Counted from the first letter of the stretch, positions 22,950 through 35,779 are shown. The stretch: 47,284 bases of DNA from Fimicolochytrium jonesii (GCF_025526975.1 NW_026515669.1:2108001-2155284); one strand, 5' to 3'. The notes: a model not told the origin generated them from the sequence alone. Numbers and translations are program-made.

Positions 22950-23564
22950 ATGTTCATTTATCATACAAGCATATGGCTTCTTCTCCTGATAGCACTATGT
23001 GTCCTATGGGCTGCGCCTCCTGCACTTGCATGGGAATGGCACAAGGGCTGGAACGAGACCGGCCAGCGGAAAAGTCCCGAAGAGGACCCCAAACCTATAG
23101 CTGGAGCTGGCATCCAGCATGACTTCAACGCGATATCTCGCCGCATTCCAGGCAGTAATGCCGTGCCTGTTTTCCGTCGCTTACTTTGTGGTATGAGACC
23201 AGGCTCCGATGGGGAAGGCGCTATGTACATATTCAGGAATGGTCTGCAACATAGATACTCGATGGATGAGGACCGCTGGAAAGTGGGATGCACCAGCCTC
23301 AAGGTGGGAGTGAAGAAACGCTTGGCGCAATGGGGAAGACAGTGTGGCCGCTCGCCTGTGCTGATCGGTGAATGGAAGGTCAAGCACCACAGATTATGTG
23401 AGAACTTGATACATTCCGAGCTGAAGTTGAAGGGTAAGTGGCTGGGAAACGTCCAATGTGAGTGCAGAACCCAGAAAGGCCATTGCGAGTGGTTCCGGGG
23501 CCCGTTAGCTGACCTTCAGGAAACCATCGGATTCTGGGTGAACTACGTGAATCAACACTATTGA
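22950..23564 (+). CDS. T5orf172/MUG113 (GIY-YIG superfamily) domain protein with N-terminal signal-like peptide
   Basis: GAMYIF...WKVGCT...KRLAQWGRQC...ENLIHSELK...CECRTQKGHCEWF. N-terminus IWLLLLIALCVLWAAPPALA. TATA-like ctatataca at ~22912. Confidence 0.85.
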   Translation: MFIYHTSIWLLLLIALCVLWAAPPALAWEWHKGWNETGQRKSPEEDPKPIAGAGIQHDFNAISRRIPGSNAVPVFRRLLCGMRPGSDGEGAMYIFRNGLQHRYSMDEDRWKVGCTSLKVGVKKRLAQWGRQCGRSPVLIGEWKVKHHRLCENLIHSELKLKGKWLGNVQCECRTQKGHCEWFRGPLADLQETIGFWVNYVNQHY

Positions 23565-24053
23565 ATTTATCACCCCAATGAGAGCACTGGGAGGTCTTTA
23601 CATCCGTCACTTCGTGGGAGCCGAAGGAGGAGGAACCTTAACGCTCACAAATTGGCAGCCCTATGTAAATAGGAAATCTATGTATCTTCTCTTTCTCCAC
23701 ATTACTATGCCTCCGGAGCTCCGGTGCTGGACAGAATGGATGGCCCGGGACATGTCACCGTCGTAGTACGCTCGATGCCTGACGGTATTGATTGTGGATG
23801 CTGGTGGATGCTGTGCTAGTCCGGATACACCTGACTACCGTTACTGCTTTAATTTCACCGTGCCAGCAGCGCAATGTCAGTAGATTCCCTCCTCCTGCTT
23901 TACTGACAAAAAACGACGGTCACCCTCCGAAGAAGCTCTACGACGATTCCAATCAGGCTCTATTACAGAATGAAATCAGTGCAATGCACAGTGTTCGGCA
24001 CAGCGCGAAACGTCAACCGGAGCACAAAAGGGGTTGGACGGATCTGTGGTAAC

Positions 24054-27050
24054 TCAGAAGGGCCAAAGAAAGTAAGTGGCAAACGCAGCCATAAACGACG
24101 CCCCGAGACCTTTCATCGTCGTGGATGCCCCTGACGATTCCGACGACCTTGAGGAAACGTGAGCAGCTAAGCACGTTTGAATGATGGGAGCACTTCGCGA
24201 AAGGTTGGTGACAATCTCGCTACTAGGCGCCAAGAAAGGACCGCATGGTTGTCCGGCGCTGTAGATGGTGGAGTTATCGTTTCGCACGAACACCAAGTAC
24301 GTGTTCCCCACGAGAGGAGCGCCACCATCCGGCACAGAGGAGTTGCAACCACTCCAGTCGATTTGGATTTTCATAGGCGAGCCGCTCACAGACGTAGAAG
24401 CGACGGCACGTCGTTTCCTTTGGGTTCTCCAAGAAGTCTTACTGAAGCCTATGGATTGATTGATTACGTTTTTTAGCGTATGAGAGGAATCGCTTTCACA
24501 GCAACAGCATACCTGGAACTCCAGCAACCATGTCGATCAGATTGCTGATGTCCATCTTTTGCGTAGCAGTTGGATCGAACACATCTCCTTGCTCAACATA
24601 CAGGCATGTAGCGATATCGCGCCCATTAACAACCTCACGGGCCCGAAGGAGGCCCCCGCTAGCTAGCAATGGATATTCTTTCCAGATAAAATCTCTTGGT
24701 CCGACGCTGTTCAGCGACTTGGCGGGCAGGAAGATCCCAGCCCTCAGATTTCGAAGTACACCTTCCATGGTCAATCGTAGATACGGATTCACCCAAGTTC
24801 TACCGGGGGGGCACCGCCTGCAAATGCCTGCTCAGAAGATGTGTTACTTGATGTCAAAGACCGCAACTTCCGAGCGAATCTAATCGACCCACCGTCCTGC
24901 AAAACATCGAATTTCCCGTGGTCTGTACAAGTCGCGTCCTTCTGTGTGCGAATTCCCGCCGTGATCAACGCCGCATCGGAGGTGTCAACAGGGTCCTTGA
25001 GCCACTCCACTGTGCGCTCCGACCACCACCCGAATCTAGTATCGAAGTCGTATACCCCTGTGACGCCTGAGAACACTCCTCCAGATAATTGATTTGGACT
25101 CCGACTTCCGGGCTTTGATATGTCCTCTTCCATTACACTGACTGCGCCATCGAGACACACAGGGCGCCAAGCCCCATCACCGCCCGCCGTTGGTGCGATG
25201 GGCCTCACATAGGCCTCTGTTGCCCCTATTTCGTTCGCTTTGAGGAATGGACCTTGTCCAAGCTGTCGCTGCGCGGTGCCATCCCATTTGTAGGAAAGTT
25301 GCGCGTCGAGGTGAGGCACAAGCGCGTGTGGCGACGCCCAGCCGAAAAACAAGCCGCAAGTGAAGCAGGTACCTATCGCGAAGACGGGGACGTTCAGTGT
25401 CAACTAGAAACAGTTTACCGTGGGGGGTCACGTCGCAAAAGACAGTCATCAGATTCAAACCATTATTGAACAGATCGATCCCTCCTATATCCAGGCAGCG
25501 TCCGCTGGTGCGCTCTAGAATCTCTATTCCTGACCCAGCCGGTGCATCCCATACCCATGCCGGGTGCTCTCGATTTTCTTGACTATGTTGATGTCATCAT
25601 GTCAAAGTCATGCAAATAGGGACAAATCTTTGATTCTCACTCACGGTACGATGAAATGTTGGCTGGCACTGAATTCCCACATATAAATATCAAGCACACT
25701 CCGCCATTCGATAAAACCAACGATCAAATCCAGATTGTTTGCGACATTAACTTTGAAAATCTTTCGAGGTATTGTGTCGAAGTTGAAGTCTATTTGAAAA
25801 ACCTCCCCTTGCCGAATATCCAAACAAGCGGGCGTCTGGAAAGCGGTCTTCGCGGAAAACCAGACGAGCGTTTTGTTTATCGTGACTCCATCGAGACTAT
25901 AGAGGCGAGTCTTCATGGTTCCCCCCCCCTCTTCATCAAGTGTGCCGTTGAAACCATTCCTGACCGCAGCTTCATTGGTGATTGCCAAACCAGGATTGAC
26001 CCACTTCCGTCCGGCGCTACAATAGAAACAAGTACCTGAGGCGAGAACTACACGTGAGCATAGAACACCGACCCTTTTCTTTGCATACACGCCGCAGCGA
26101 TGAGCAGAATGGTGTCGTATGTACATACCGTTTTGGAATAGATCGAACCCATTGTTTCGGAAACATTGCGCATTTCTTTGCGATGTGAAGATCGATATCG
26201 CAATATCCGGGTCTCCGCCGGCAGCGCTTCCTGAGAGCCACCACGGGTTTGTCACATCCGAAGTTGAATCTTCGTGTGAAGAACCTGCAGGCGGGTTCGT
26301 ATCCTGATTTGGAGGACTACCACCAATTGGGGGTAGAACGGGTTGTGCGAGTTGTCCACCAGAACCACCTTGGCCTTGCCCGAGACCTGCAGTTCCTCCG
26401 GGATTCTGGTTCTGATTTCCTTGAGTCAAATCAGTCGCATCGCCTGTTCCACCTTGACCTTGCCCGAGACCTCCAGATCCTCCGGGATTTTGATTCTGAT
26501 TTCCTTGAGTCAAACCAATTGCATCGCCTGTTCCACCTAGCCCTGGGACAACCCCACCTCCCGATGGATTTGCCACCGTCGCACCCTGGTTTGCGGTCCC
26601 AGCAATGACTGTGTTCTGATCGGGTTGGGGGTTCAATTGACCCGTGTTCGCCCCTCCACTGCGGGCGGGGCTGTTTGGCAGCCCTGTGTTTTGGGTAGAT
26701 CCAGCGCTGGGACTCTGAGCAGAACCATTACCTGCGGCTGTTACGATGTCAGTAACGCTGGCCTGACAGAGAACATCACCGAAAGCCTGTTTATTGATAG
26801 AATCAACGTTCGTGATCTGGAGAAGGAACGTGCTAGTGGTGCATGTACTGAGACATGCGACATCCGTGTGAGCGCATCTAGTACAGGCAGGGTAAAACCC
26901 CGCCTCACCTATCGTTGGAGAGAAGCTGGTCAATAAGAATCGAGGCCTGCATAAGATGAGATGGAGGTGGTTCAGTTAGACTTTACCGCGCGCAACGACA
27001 GATGTAGTCCATACGATGACAATGGTACTGAAGACCAGAGAGAGCATCAT
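24054..27050 (-). CDS. Probable single multi-exon secreted/GPI-anchored protein (possibly partly disrupted) joining ORFs 25641..26933, 24789..25403, 24496..24792 and 24054..24527
   Basis: Signal-like MMLSLVFSTIVIVW at ~27050. GT-AG introns at ~26908-26850 and ~24512-24449 join frames. G/Q/N-rich repeats. Repeated module GTCFYCSAGRKWVNP / GICRRCPPGRTWVNP. C-terminal Ser-rich stretch plus hydrophobic tail (GLGASFMAAFATYFLWPF). Other junctions are unresolved. Confidence 0.55.
26360..26540. repeat. Coding tandem duplication (~90 bp; GTGDAxxLTQGNQNQNPGG twice)
   Basis: ccttgcccgagacct...tcctccgggatt(c/t)tg(g/a)ttctgatttccttgagtcaaa...gcatcgcctgttccacct occurs twice. Confidence 0.8.
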
Positions 27051-27663
27051 CGAAGTTCCGGAGCGACCAAAAGGGAAACTAAACAGTCGGTATGTGGACT
27101 CCTTTGCAACAACGTGGGTCGACGCGAAGCCAAAGCGCCTCTGCGAACTGCAACGATGCGATGCAAAGTGGTATGCGATGCAAAGTGGTATGCGTAAGTA
27201 GGGTGTTTGGATCGAACGTAGGCTGCTTCACGATTCGGAGTTTACTAGCCTCCAGAGAGTTAGTACAGTCGAGTGCGTTGGTCGTTCAGCACACAATGCC
27301 CCCGGCGCGCTGTCGTATGTGCGTCCCATTTGACAGTAGTGATGCGCAACCTCGTCCCGCTAAACCTATTGCAGATAGTTTGGCCCTTACTAGATCGTGA
27401 CACACACGAACTAAATCATACATCCCAATGAATGAACTGAGTGAATTCCATTTCGCACCACCTTATATATGCAGGAATGAAGTCCGTCAAGCTCCCATTG
27501 ACGGTGAAGCGAGGAAAATGCGGCTCATCCTCGGCTCTGGTGCCGCTACTTTTCTTCAAACCACCAGAGATCATTCCATGAGATTACGATATAGGTGGAA
27601 TGTCCTAGATTACGATACAGACACCGTAACCATTCACCTCCCCCAAATCAGCAAACTGCTCTC

Positions 27664-28998
27664 CTATCCTAGGCCTGCAGCGAGTCCGGCAGCCCCAGCA
27701 ACAACTCCACCTATAAGAGCCTTGAGGGACTTGGAACCCAAGTCTGTTGCTTCGTTGGTATAGGAGTTCCTCGAACCAGAGGATCCCACGTTTCCTGTAT
27801 TGGTCCCGCTAGAGCTAGAATCCGAACTTCCGCCACTATTGACCGGTGAAACCGGGCTTAAGTCGGCGGTGATAACCTTTACGCTCAAGGTGGGCGAGTT
27901 CACTACGGTTAGCGGAGCAACGCTGAGGGCTCGAGCTTTTCCATTCTTGAAAACGGCGAGGTGAAAGTGCGAGGCGTTGTAGTGAAAGCCGTACCAGAGG
28001 GTGTCATTGTCCGACTGCGGCAATGACAATCCCGTCACATCGCGTCGTCCGACAGATCCGTAGTTGGATGGCGACAGACAGTTGACCCCGCCAATAATCC
28101 CATTGCTGACGGCAGATGCTTGTACATCGGGGTTGGTTGAATATGCGACATCGCTCATAGCTGCCGCAAGCATCGTACCCGAAGAATCCACAGCAGAAAA
28201 GCCACCAGTGAAGACCTTGAATGCGTGGAGTCCCAGCTGGGATACGCAGGTAATCACACCACCCAATTTGAATGCGTTCTTCGTAACGGTTATAACCCCT
28301 TGCCGTAAATTCTGCAGGGTCCGTGATGTGGCCGTGAACTTCCTGCGTATGCTGTCCAAATCGGAAACATCCGAGGCTTCCAGCGAGGCCTCGGAAACAT
28401 CCGTAAAGGACGATTCAGCGTTGCTGGAGACCAGAATAGACGGCTCCGTATTCGCTGCTCGTTTGATTTCTTCCGGAATCTGGTCATCAGTGAGGACTCC
28501 GGTCGTCATGGCGGGGAAGACCGAGGTTGTCAAAGGCATCGTCCGGGGTGGGCTTGCCACTGCGCCTGCACTAGAGGCAGGCTTTGCGATTTCGGTGGTC
28601 TCAGCGATAGGACCGACAGTAGCCCCGCCCCCGCGGCCCGGAAAAGTTATTTCGGTCGCCGTACCTCCGGTTGCTATCATAGTAGATGGTGACAACGAGG
28701 TCGACGTTGGCGCCGCCTGTCCGATGGCAGCGCGGGAGCAACTATCCGCCAGCTCCCTCGCATCATTGACGGTGGACAGTTTCAAACATTTACCGTAAGC
28801 AATTTGAGCTGGCCAAAACTTTTTGCAGTTACAGTCCAGTTTGGCTTGTCCGCTTGATGACAAGCATTCTGACAGTGCCGCGTCCGATACCTTACTTTCC
28901 GCAGGACAAAAAGGGGGTTGGGTGTTGATGAAAGCGGTTTGCCATACGAAGACCCCGAGCGCCAGAGTCAATGTTGAGAACTTCAGTGAGTGGCACAT
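27664..28998 (-). CDS. Secreted or cell-surface protein: Cys-rich N-domain, Ser/Thr-rich stalk, C-terminal TM-like segment
   Basis: ATG 28998 (MCHSLKFSTLTLALGVFVWQTA). CPAE..CLSS..CNCKKFW..CL..C cluster. S/T/P-rich linker. Ends LIGGVVAGAAGLAAGLG. Confidence 0.75.
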   Translation of the reverse strand: MCHSLKFSTLTLALGVFVWQTAFINTQPPFCPAESKVSDAALSECLSSSGQAKLDCNCKKFWPAQIAYGKCLKLSTVNDARELADSCSRAAIGQAAPTSTSLSPSTMIATGGTATEITFPGRGGGATVGPIAETTEIAKPASSAGAVASPPRTMPLTTSVFPAMTTGVLTDDQIPEEIKRAANTEPSILVSSNAESSFTDVSEASLEASDVSDLDSIRRKFTATSRTLQNLRQGVITVTKNAFKLGGVITCVSQLGLHAFKVFTGGFSAVDSSGTMLAAAMSDVAYSTNPDVQASAVSNGIIGGVNCLSPSNYGSVGRRDVTGLSLPQSDNDTLWYGFHYNASHFHLAVFKNGKARALSVAPLTVVNSPTLSVKVITADLSPVSPVNSGGSSDSSSSGTNTGNVGSSGSRNSYTNEATDLGSKSLKALIGGVVAGAAGLAAGLG

Positions 28999-30136
28999 GT
29001 GAGCTCTCTTCGCCGCCTGGACTTGAAATGCAGGTGTATGTCTTCCGGCTTCGCGCCACAAGAACTGCACTTATATTGAATACCAAGCTGAGCTGAGATG
29101 AGTGCATTCCGATGGCACATGGTCATCGGGCAGCAGCACCGGCGCTCTATATGTGCTGAACTCGTTTGAATCTCGAGGGCCGAAACTTGAACCCTCCTAT
29201 TGTCTTCAATGTCGCAAATGCTGTATCTATGGCCACCCTTTGACCCCAGATAAACCCGAAGTCCTGGAGGGACGATCTACTGTAAGCTACACACCATTGC
29301 AGCTCGTTCCGCCTGTGGTCCGCAATAACATGAAACGGCGGTTGTCAGCCCATAAATAGTAGCGTTTTGGCACCCATGAAGTTCTACCAATCCGCCCCGA
29401 AGTTCTGTCAGAATTTCTACCAAGAAAAAGCGGATGTTCCGAGTGGGAGCGGAGCTAAAGACGGACGCGTGACGTGATAACAGCCCGCGCGGAAACATTT
29501 CAATACCCGAGACAGAATACCGCGTAGATGTGTGCGTCTTCTAGCTCTTCCAGCGCTTCCGGCTCTCGTGCACAAGACGAGCCGCCCAATGTTTATATGC
29601 GCTGCCTCCCATAATTTTGAATACCGAGCTTTCAACGCATTCTTCGGTTTCGCACCTTCCCGTGATTCTTTGCCTCACACACTGCTGGGTACGTTCCGGG
29701 AAGGTTTGAACTTGAAAGACATGCAGCGTGTTGTGGGCATCGGGCTTATTATGTCATATCATATCATATCATATCACCCCCGGCATTGCAAGGGCCAGGA
29801 GATTACCGGTGGGATGATTACAGTTTGCAATAGGGCTTGCTTCTATTGCCCCCGCCCCCTATTGTAAGTGAATCAGCCCGGACTTGGAGTCAAGAAGGAG
29901 AGGGCCGATCGGCGGCAAATGTTGCCACTTCAAGCGCCATTACCTTCTCTTTGGAGTTTCCATTGCCACTCAAGGATTTCCTGGTACGTCAGATCTGATT
30001 GATTTGGTCGTCCATACTATTACAAAAAGTGGCAACGCCTCGTGCTACACATACACTAGGGAAGGAAGAACTGCCCATATGACGCTGCGCAGTCCGTCGG
30101 GTATTCTTTTTGAGGGACGAAGTCCCTGATATATTG

Positions 30137-31724
30137 TTACTTCGTCGTTGCGGGGGGGACATTTTGAATATCCGGCATCGGAAATTTTATCGTGCCCTGT
30201 GATTGGCTCAGGGTAACATTTGCCACGCCCACAGCTTGAGATTGCCGGCGGAGCAGATGCTTGTCGATGTGCAAAATTTCTTGACGGAGCAATGTCCGAA
30301 ATCCTTCCAATGCCCTCACCCGTTCCTCCAACTCCGCAAAGCTCACCTTATCAGGGGAACTGACCGAGTTTGTCACAATTGTATATTGGCTGCTAACCCA
30401 CTTACGTGGCGAAAGTAACCGTTGCTGGAATAGACCTTGCAGAAACGAGTGCCGACAATGAGCATGATATTCTATCTTTATATCCTCATGCAAGTACGGT
30501 CTTGTGGTGCTTACCATGTGTTCTATACATGCCCAGTCCGAAACAGATGGTGAGGAGGGAGGTGATGGGACCGAACGGAGCGGATATACTGTTGATGATG
30601 TCAGTGGCTTTCTGGGTTCCGATTTCTTTTTGAACAATCGTATATCGTGGGCCCGAGTTCAGAATGATAGCAGTAAGATTCCCGTTGTTTCCGCGATCGA
30701 CGTTCAATCCCGTGAAAGATGATGTCGAATACAGTTGGTAAAAGTATTCCGTTCGCGGTTCCTGAATCCTCTATCATCGCGAAATCATTATGAGGGGACT
30801 GCATATCGACAGGGATGGTATTGACCTTCCGCAGTTCTTCACCTTCGAAATGAAATCAGGCCAAAAGCTTGCCCAGGGTCCCGGATATTCAGTATATTGA
30901 ACCATTGTCAACTGCAAGTTCTGCACATTTCCCACGCCCCCAGCTGACGTTTGAAGAATGTTGGGGCGCTTCGCTAATCGGGGAATATTCAACAGATCTT
31001 CCGGATCAGAACTTGGATATTGAACATTTTCGCTGAATCGCGGGTCAATGTATCGAGATCCTGAGTGTAACACTTGTCAGGTCGTCCCCCAAAGATTCCG
31101 CAATTGGCCCACTGTCATTACCAAAAATGGATGCTTGAATGGAGAGGGTGATGTCTGACGAAGTGTACATCATCAATTGAAAGGGTTCTGACCGGATCCT
31201 GCCCGTCTCTGCGATGCTTCACTGTGAGGGGCCCGATTCGAAGAGCTTTGGTATCAAAGGGTACTTGCCTGTAGGATCCAATTGCACAAACGTACAGTTG
31301 ATAGTTGGCGCCCGAGTGCACGGTTTGATCAGAGTGCTAACTTCAAACACAGACTTCAAAGGATCTGTTGACCCTCCGGGAGATACGGAAACAGTCGTCG
31401 CGTAATTGGTTGTATCGCCGACCCAATTGAAACCAATGTTCGGAGCTGTTGGCGAATTTCCTTGGACGAAGATGACAATGGCTGCGGAGAATATCCATAT
31501 GCACGCACATTAGCTGCGGAGTAGGCCCTCAGCGATGGAAATGCGCACTCACGAGGGAGATGGAAAGCCCCTGTCTCTGTATCGTAATACGTGCTGATCA
31601 CCGTTCCTTGATGGGCATACGAGTAGATGGTCGATGTAACATAGAGGCACCAAACCGTCCCCAAGATGAGCCAGACAATGGCCTTTGCCTGACTCACCGT
31701 TAACGGAATCTTGAGGGACTTCAT
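30137..31724 (-). CDS. Multi-exon membrane protein with two TM helices and a large extracellular loop
   Basis: ATG 31724 with TM IVWLILGTVWCLYV. Intron at ~31552-31483 (GTGAGT..CAG). Second TM IINSISAPFGPITSLLTICFGLG. C-terminal LEERVRALE coiled segment. The ORF pieces are joined by putative introns. Confidence 0.6.
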
Positions 31725-32883
31725 TCCTACATATAAAGCGGCAATCAGTAAGATCGCTGTATACGGGATGGGTAGAATCTAGCCGCTGTCACTTGGCCAG
31801 ATGTGAGAACAGGACTCCTTGCAATTGCAAGATCCAGTTGCACCATCACGCGATGCGATAGCAATTTTGACAGCACGCTTTGTAGAAACTCTCAGGCTTT
31901 GGGCATTCCAGGATACACCGTCGCGGAGAATGTCGGGGAAACCTCCGGATCGGCAGGGGGCCACAGATCGCGAGCATCTTCAGTTGTTCTACAAAGAAAA
32001 CCCACGAACCTTACTTTCCCCACCCCTGTGTTATTCTAATAATTTGAAGTAAAATACAACCGCACATTCTGGTCCGAAAGTTGGTACCCATCCCCGGTTA
32101 AGTAGGTGTCAGACAAGCTGCACTAGTTTGCGATATCACCATGAGGACTGCCCAAACTAGTGTGACAACCCCTTTTTCCGCCCGCATCGCCACTGGCACT
32201 CTTGGCGGTTCAAGTACGGTCTCCGCCGGAACGCAAGTATCTCTAACACCGAAAAAGTTTCGGGGTTTTTAACCAAGTATTGAGTGAGGCTAGAAAGAAA
32301 TCATTCGGGGGACACCTCGTTGTCGGGCAGATTCAAATAGAATGAGGAATTATCATAACGTATCGCCAGGATCTCCCTCCTTCCTGCTATTTTCGCGCAC
32401 TCCATATTCAATGTAGGGCCACACATTCATCGCTCAACAATTTATCGCAGTTCGTTAGGTGTTACAACACACCGCTCGCAGGACGGTTTGTTAAGCACTC
32501 AGTGCAAGGAGGGCATTTCCCAAGGATTAAAGGACTGCGTCTCAATTGTTGGTTATGACGGTTTTTTTTATCACAAGGCAAGCGGCAGGTTGCTTCCTGA
32601 CAAATGTAGTGGAAAACGTCATGGCCAATAGCGATGGATGAAGGCTGCCATTAGCTTCATAGCGAGAATGTGGCATGCGATCCAGAAGGTGCGGCTTGCA
32701 GGGGCCTATATCATCGGCGTTGTGGAACGTCCCTATTCCTATGTGCTCCATTCAAATCATTTGCAAGTTCGCTCCTGCCCAGTGACGAGCTTGGCCGCCG
32801 GGGCTCGCTCGAATTCAATCTCCCAGTTTGCAAACCCATGAGCTCGGGGGTCTGCACACGGATTCAGTTGCCGAGGCCGCATG

Positions 32884-32904
32884 GGGTTAGGGTTAGGGTT
32901 GGGG
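32884..32904 (+). repeat. Interstitial telomere-repeat relic
   Basis: gggttagggttagggttgggg in the same orientation as the terminal array. Confidence 0.75.
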
Positions 32905-34432
32905 CATGCTTTAGCATCAGGCCAGGTCTGTTTGTTTTGAGTCCATTTTGCTGCTCCAGTTGACAACCATCGTGCTATTTTTGATCCGAATCCTCGAAAT
33001 TTGTTGTGGTGGGTCCATCATCCAGCTCGACTATCGATCCTAGGGGTGTATGTGTCTCCTCCATGTGCAAGAATGTCGTGTCCACATCGGGGAATAGTGA
33101 AGCCGTAATCAAAGCATCATAATACAAGGTTCCTCATGTGTCCCTTGTGATTTCACGAGATCAATGCGACCACGACAGAACATCTGAGCATATTTTGTGA
33201 GTTACGCGCGAGCGCCCTTTGAAGATGGATGGATGTATGTGGTCCACAGATAGTATATTGAGCTCAAACATAGATAGCGTCCATTCGGCAGACTTCTCCG
33301 TACCCTAAGCCGGCATTCGCAGTCACTTGAAAAACCTAACGGCTGCGTCCTTGACGTAGGATGTGCTAGATCTGGAAGCACCCGACCTTCCTGAAATGAT
33401 GCTGCTAGAGCTAGGGCTTCAATCCCCAAGGCCATTGGCCATCGTACCACTGGAAAAGCGAGCCCGCAATGTCTTCAACATATGAGAGCGGTGGAGTTCG
33501 TAGCGGTAGGGAGCGGTCCTGATGGCCTGTACAGCTCCATACTTATAGATGTGCCACATGGACGTGAGTGGCATTCCGGTACGAAGTGCCTGCGCTGCGC
33601 GAAATCTATTTCCTTTGCATCAGCCCATAGCTCATGTCGGACCGCATCAGCAATTGTGATTGGACCCTTCACTATGCTCGACATCGCGCCCTTCCACTTT
33701 AAGTGGTGACCCGAAGTTACGAGCCGGTTGGTGTGAGCGGATGTTCTGTGACGATGCTAGACAAGCTGACACTGAAATAACCACACGTCGCGGGCTTGTT
33801 CTTTCTGGACAATGTCGTCGGTGGTGGTCCCTCGATGAATATGGCGAATGGACTACGGATGTGGGTAGATGGGAAGCCATAGTGATGCGGTACACGACCG
33901 AGGCTTTGTGTGTGTATGGGAGCGGCGAGTGGCTCGCGGACTGTCCGTAAACTCCATTTCATTACTGAACTGGGAGGCACGTTGAAGGATTTGGACGAAC
34001 CGACCCCGTGAACTTGCCCCGGCGCAGAGACTATCAAGGGCTAATCAGATGAGACCAACTTGCTGAAAGTCGTGCTAAGTGACTTCCCTGTCACGTCCGG
34101 AGCGCCTGGGACATGATAGACCAACGTCCCTCCGAACATACAGCATCCCAATCGCACGTCTTCAAAGCAATGCACAGCAAAAGCATAAGTAACGATGGTG
34201 CCAGGAGGGTCTTGCTGGGAGGAATGCGGGGACGGATAACCCCTGATCTTTGCCCGCTACGTAATATGGCACCTACGGTCGCCGTTAGCTGAAGGGGGGA
34301 GGGTCGAACGCTTACCACGAACCCGATGCACAAGACAAGACATGTGGGGCGAGGGAAGTGCGTTCAGTCGGCGAACTTTTTTTCTATTTCATCAGTAAAT
34401 TCGTCCCACCCACCCTCAGTCTTTCTGAAAAC

Positions 34433-34912
34433 ATGACATCGGAAATTTCCAGCTGCTCTATGAACTCGGTGAAAGCCTTTGGCATGGCCACCCTCCCGGC
34501 TGAGGTCCTTTACGAGATCTATAGAATGGCCGCTGTGGACGACCGATTTCGCATGGAAAAAGCGTTCGCTAACACCCGTATGAGCGATGGGAAGCCCTTT
34601 CGCTTCCCCCGGTGCCGTCTGGTCTCCCCGAATTTGCAGTTGTCCACGCGCTGGGCATGTGTCCACTCCCCTGGTAGCGTTGAAGCCACCATTGAGGTGG
34701 CTCCTGACATAAAGTTGTGCTTGGGGCGCCTATGGGTCGAACTCGAAGACGACCGTGTGCGTTTTGAGAACGTATCATACCTCTACTCATATAACGGAGA
34801 CAGCTGCGGGCAGACGATATACTCATACGTGGAGACTGATGACGGCGCTAGGACCTTGATCATAGAACACCCGGCAAACCGACCTATAGCGATACGCATG
34901 GGACTGCCTTGA
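34433..34912 (+). CDS. F-box-like protein (family 1-related, copy c)
   Basis: TLPAEVLYEIYRMAAVDDRFRM is F-box-like. ATG 34433 is preceded by a motif shared with the 39147 gene. Confidence 0.6.
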   Translation: MTSEISSCSMNSVKAFGMATLPAEVLYEIYRMAAVDDRFRMEKAFANTRMSDGKPFRFPRCRLVSPNLQLSTRWACVHSPGSVEATIEVAPDIKLCLGRLWVELEDDRVRFENVSYLYSYNGDSCGQTIYSYVETDDGARTLIIEHPANRPIAIRMGLP

Positions 34913-35111
34913 AATGGGAGCCTCGGCGGCGGGGGCCGTCCACGTAGCAACCGCGCTTGCAGTTCTTTTTATTTCTGAAAGATATAGGTAACAAACAAGG
35001 CGAGATACAGTAAGTTGATCAAATGGACCGTCCAGTCAAAGATATGCTTCGAGCATACATCAGCACTCACACATCTGTGCAAAAGTTGCATGCTGCCGTC
35101 AGAGCCAACCA

Positions 35112-35401
35112 TGCTGGAAGATCGGTTGCACCGGAGCTGGAGTTGGAATCAGTAAGCGCCTACAACAATGGGCAAAAAGTTGCGGCCATGCTCCCGAGCT
35201 GATGGTCAATGGAGAGTCAAGAGGCACAGATTTTGCAAGAACCTCATTCACACCGAGCTGAAGGCCCAAGGTAAATGGTTGGGAAAAATCAGCTGTGGTT
35301 GCAGAACATCAAAAAAACACTGTGAGTGGTTCTCTGGGACCCTACAAGACATGCTGGAAGCCATTTCGTTCTGGGTGCAATATGTGAACCGACATCACTA
35401 A
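35112..35401 (+). pseudogene. Frameshifted T5orf172/GIY-YIG paralogue of 22950..23564
   Basis: WKIGCTGAGVGISKRLQQWAKSCGHAPEL, frameshift near 35200, then GQWRVKRHRFCKNLIHTELKAQGKWLG..HCEWF..FWVQYVNRHH. Confidence 0.85.
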
Positions 35402-35557
35402 CGTCACTCGACTCTCATGAGTTCGCCTGAAGCCTTGTTGTCCTCACTTGCAGGATCTGGTTCCATACCACCTGACAGTTGCCTCTAGAGTTGACTTTAG
35501 TGTCAGAGGCCAGCATTAACATTTAATGATCAGCCTACCGCTGTGGCTGCCACCTGG

Positions 35558-35779
35558 TCACTGTTGTAGATAGTAAGGCACAATCGTATCGTCATCTCTC
35601 TACACCCGGTACTTCCCGATGTCTACTATCTGAACGTTGCCCTTTGAGAGAAGCGGGGCGATTCGATTTTCTAAAGCTTTCCTTTCCGCTTTGACGGCCT
35701 TCAGTTTGTTCTGCAGCTCCTTTATGGAGAAGTGCGCGCTGAGATACAACCGCACATGTCTGAAAACCTGTTTGTCCAT
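35558..35779 (-). pseudogene. DUF5760-like small coiled-coil protein with an in-frame stop (family 4, copy a)
   Basis: Manual translation MDKQVFRHVRLYLSAHFSIKELQNKLKAVKAERKALENRIAPLLSKGNVQIVDIGKYRV*RDDDTIVPYYLQQ (TAG at 35600-35602), colinear with 39147..39512. Not in the ORF track. Confidence 0.7.

Noticed and set aside
11996..23564. Complete Polinton, virophage or giant-virus genome
   Set aside because: No capsid, packaging ATPase, PolB, integrase or terminal inverted repeats could be recognised in the window.
18864..29775. Short tandem repeats: (TGCGAC)4 at ~18864, a ~19-bp duplication at ~27157-27195 and (ATATC)n at ~29753
   Set aside because: These look like ordinary slippage repeats with no associated structure.
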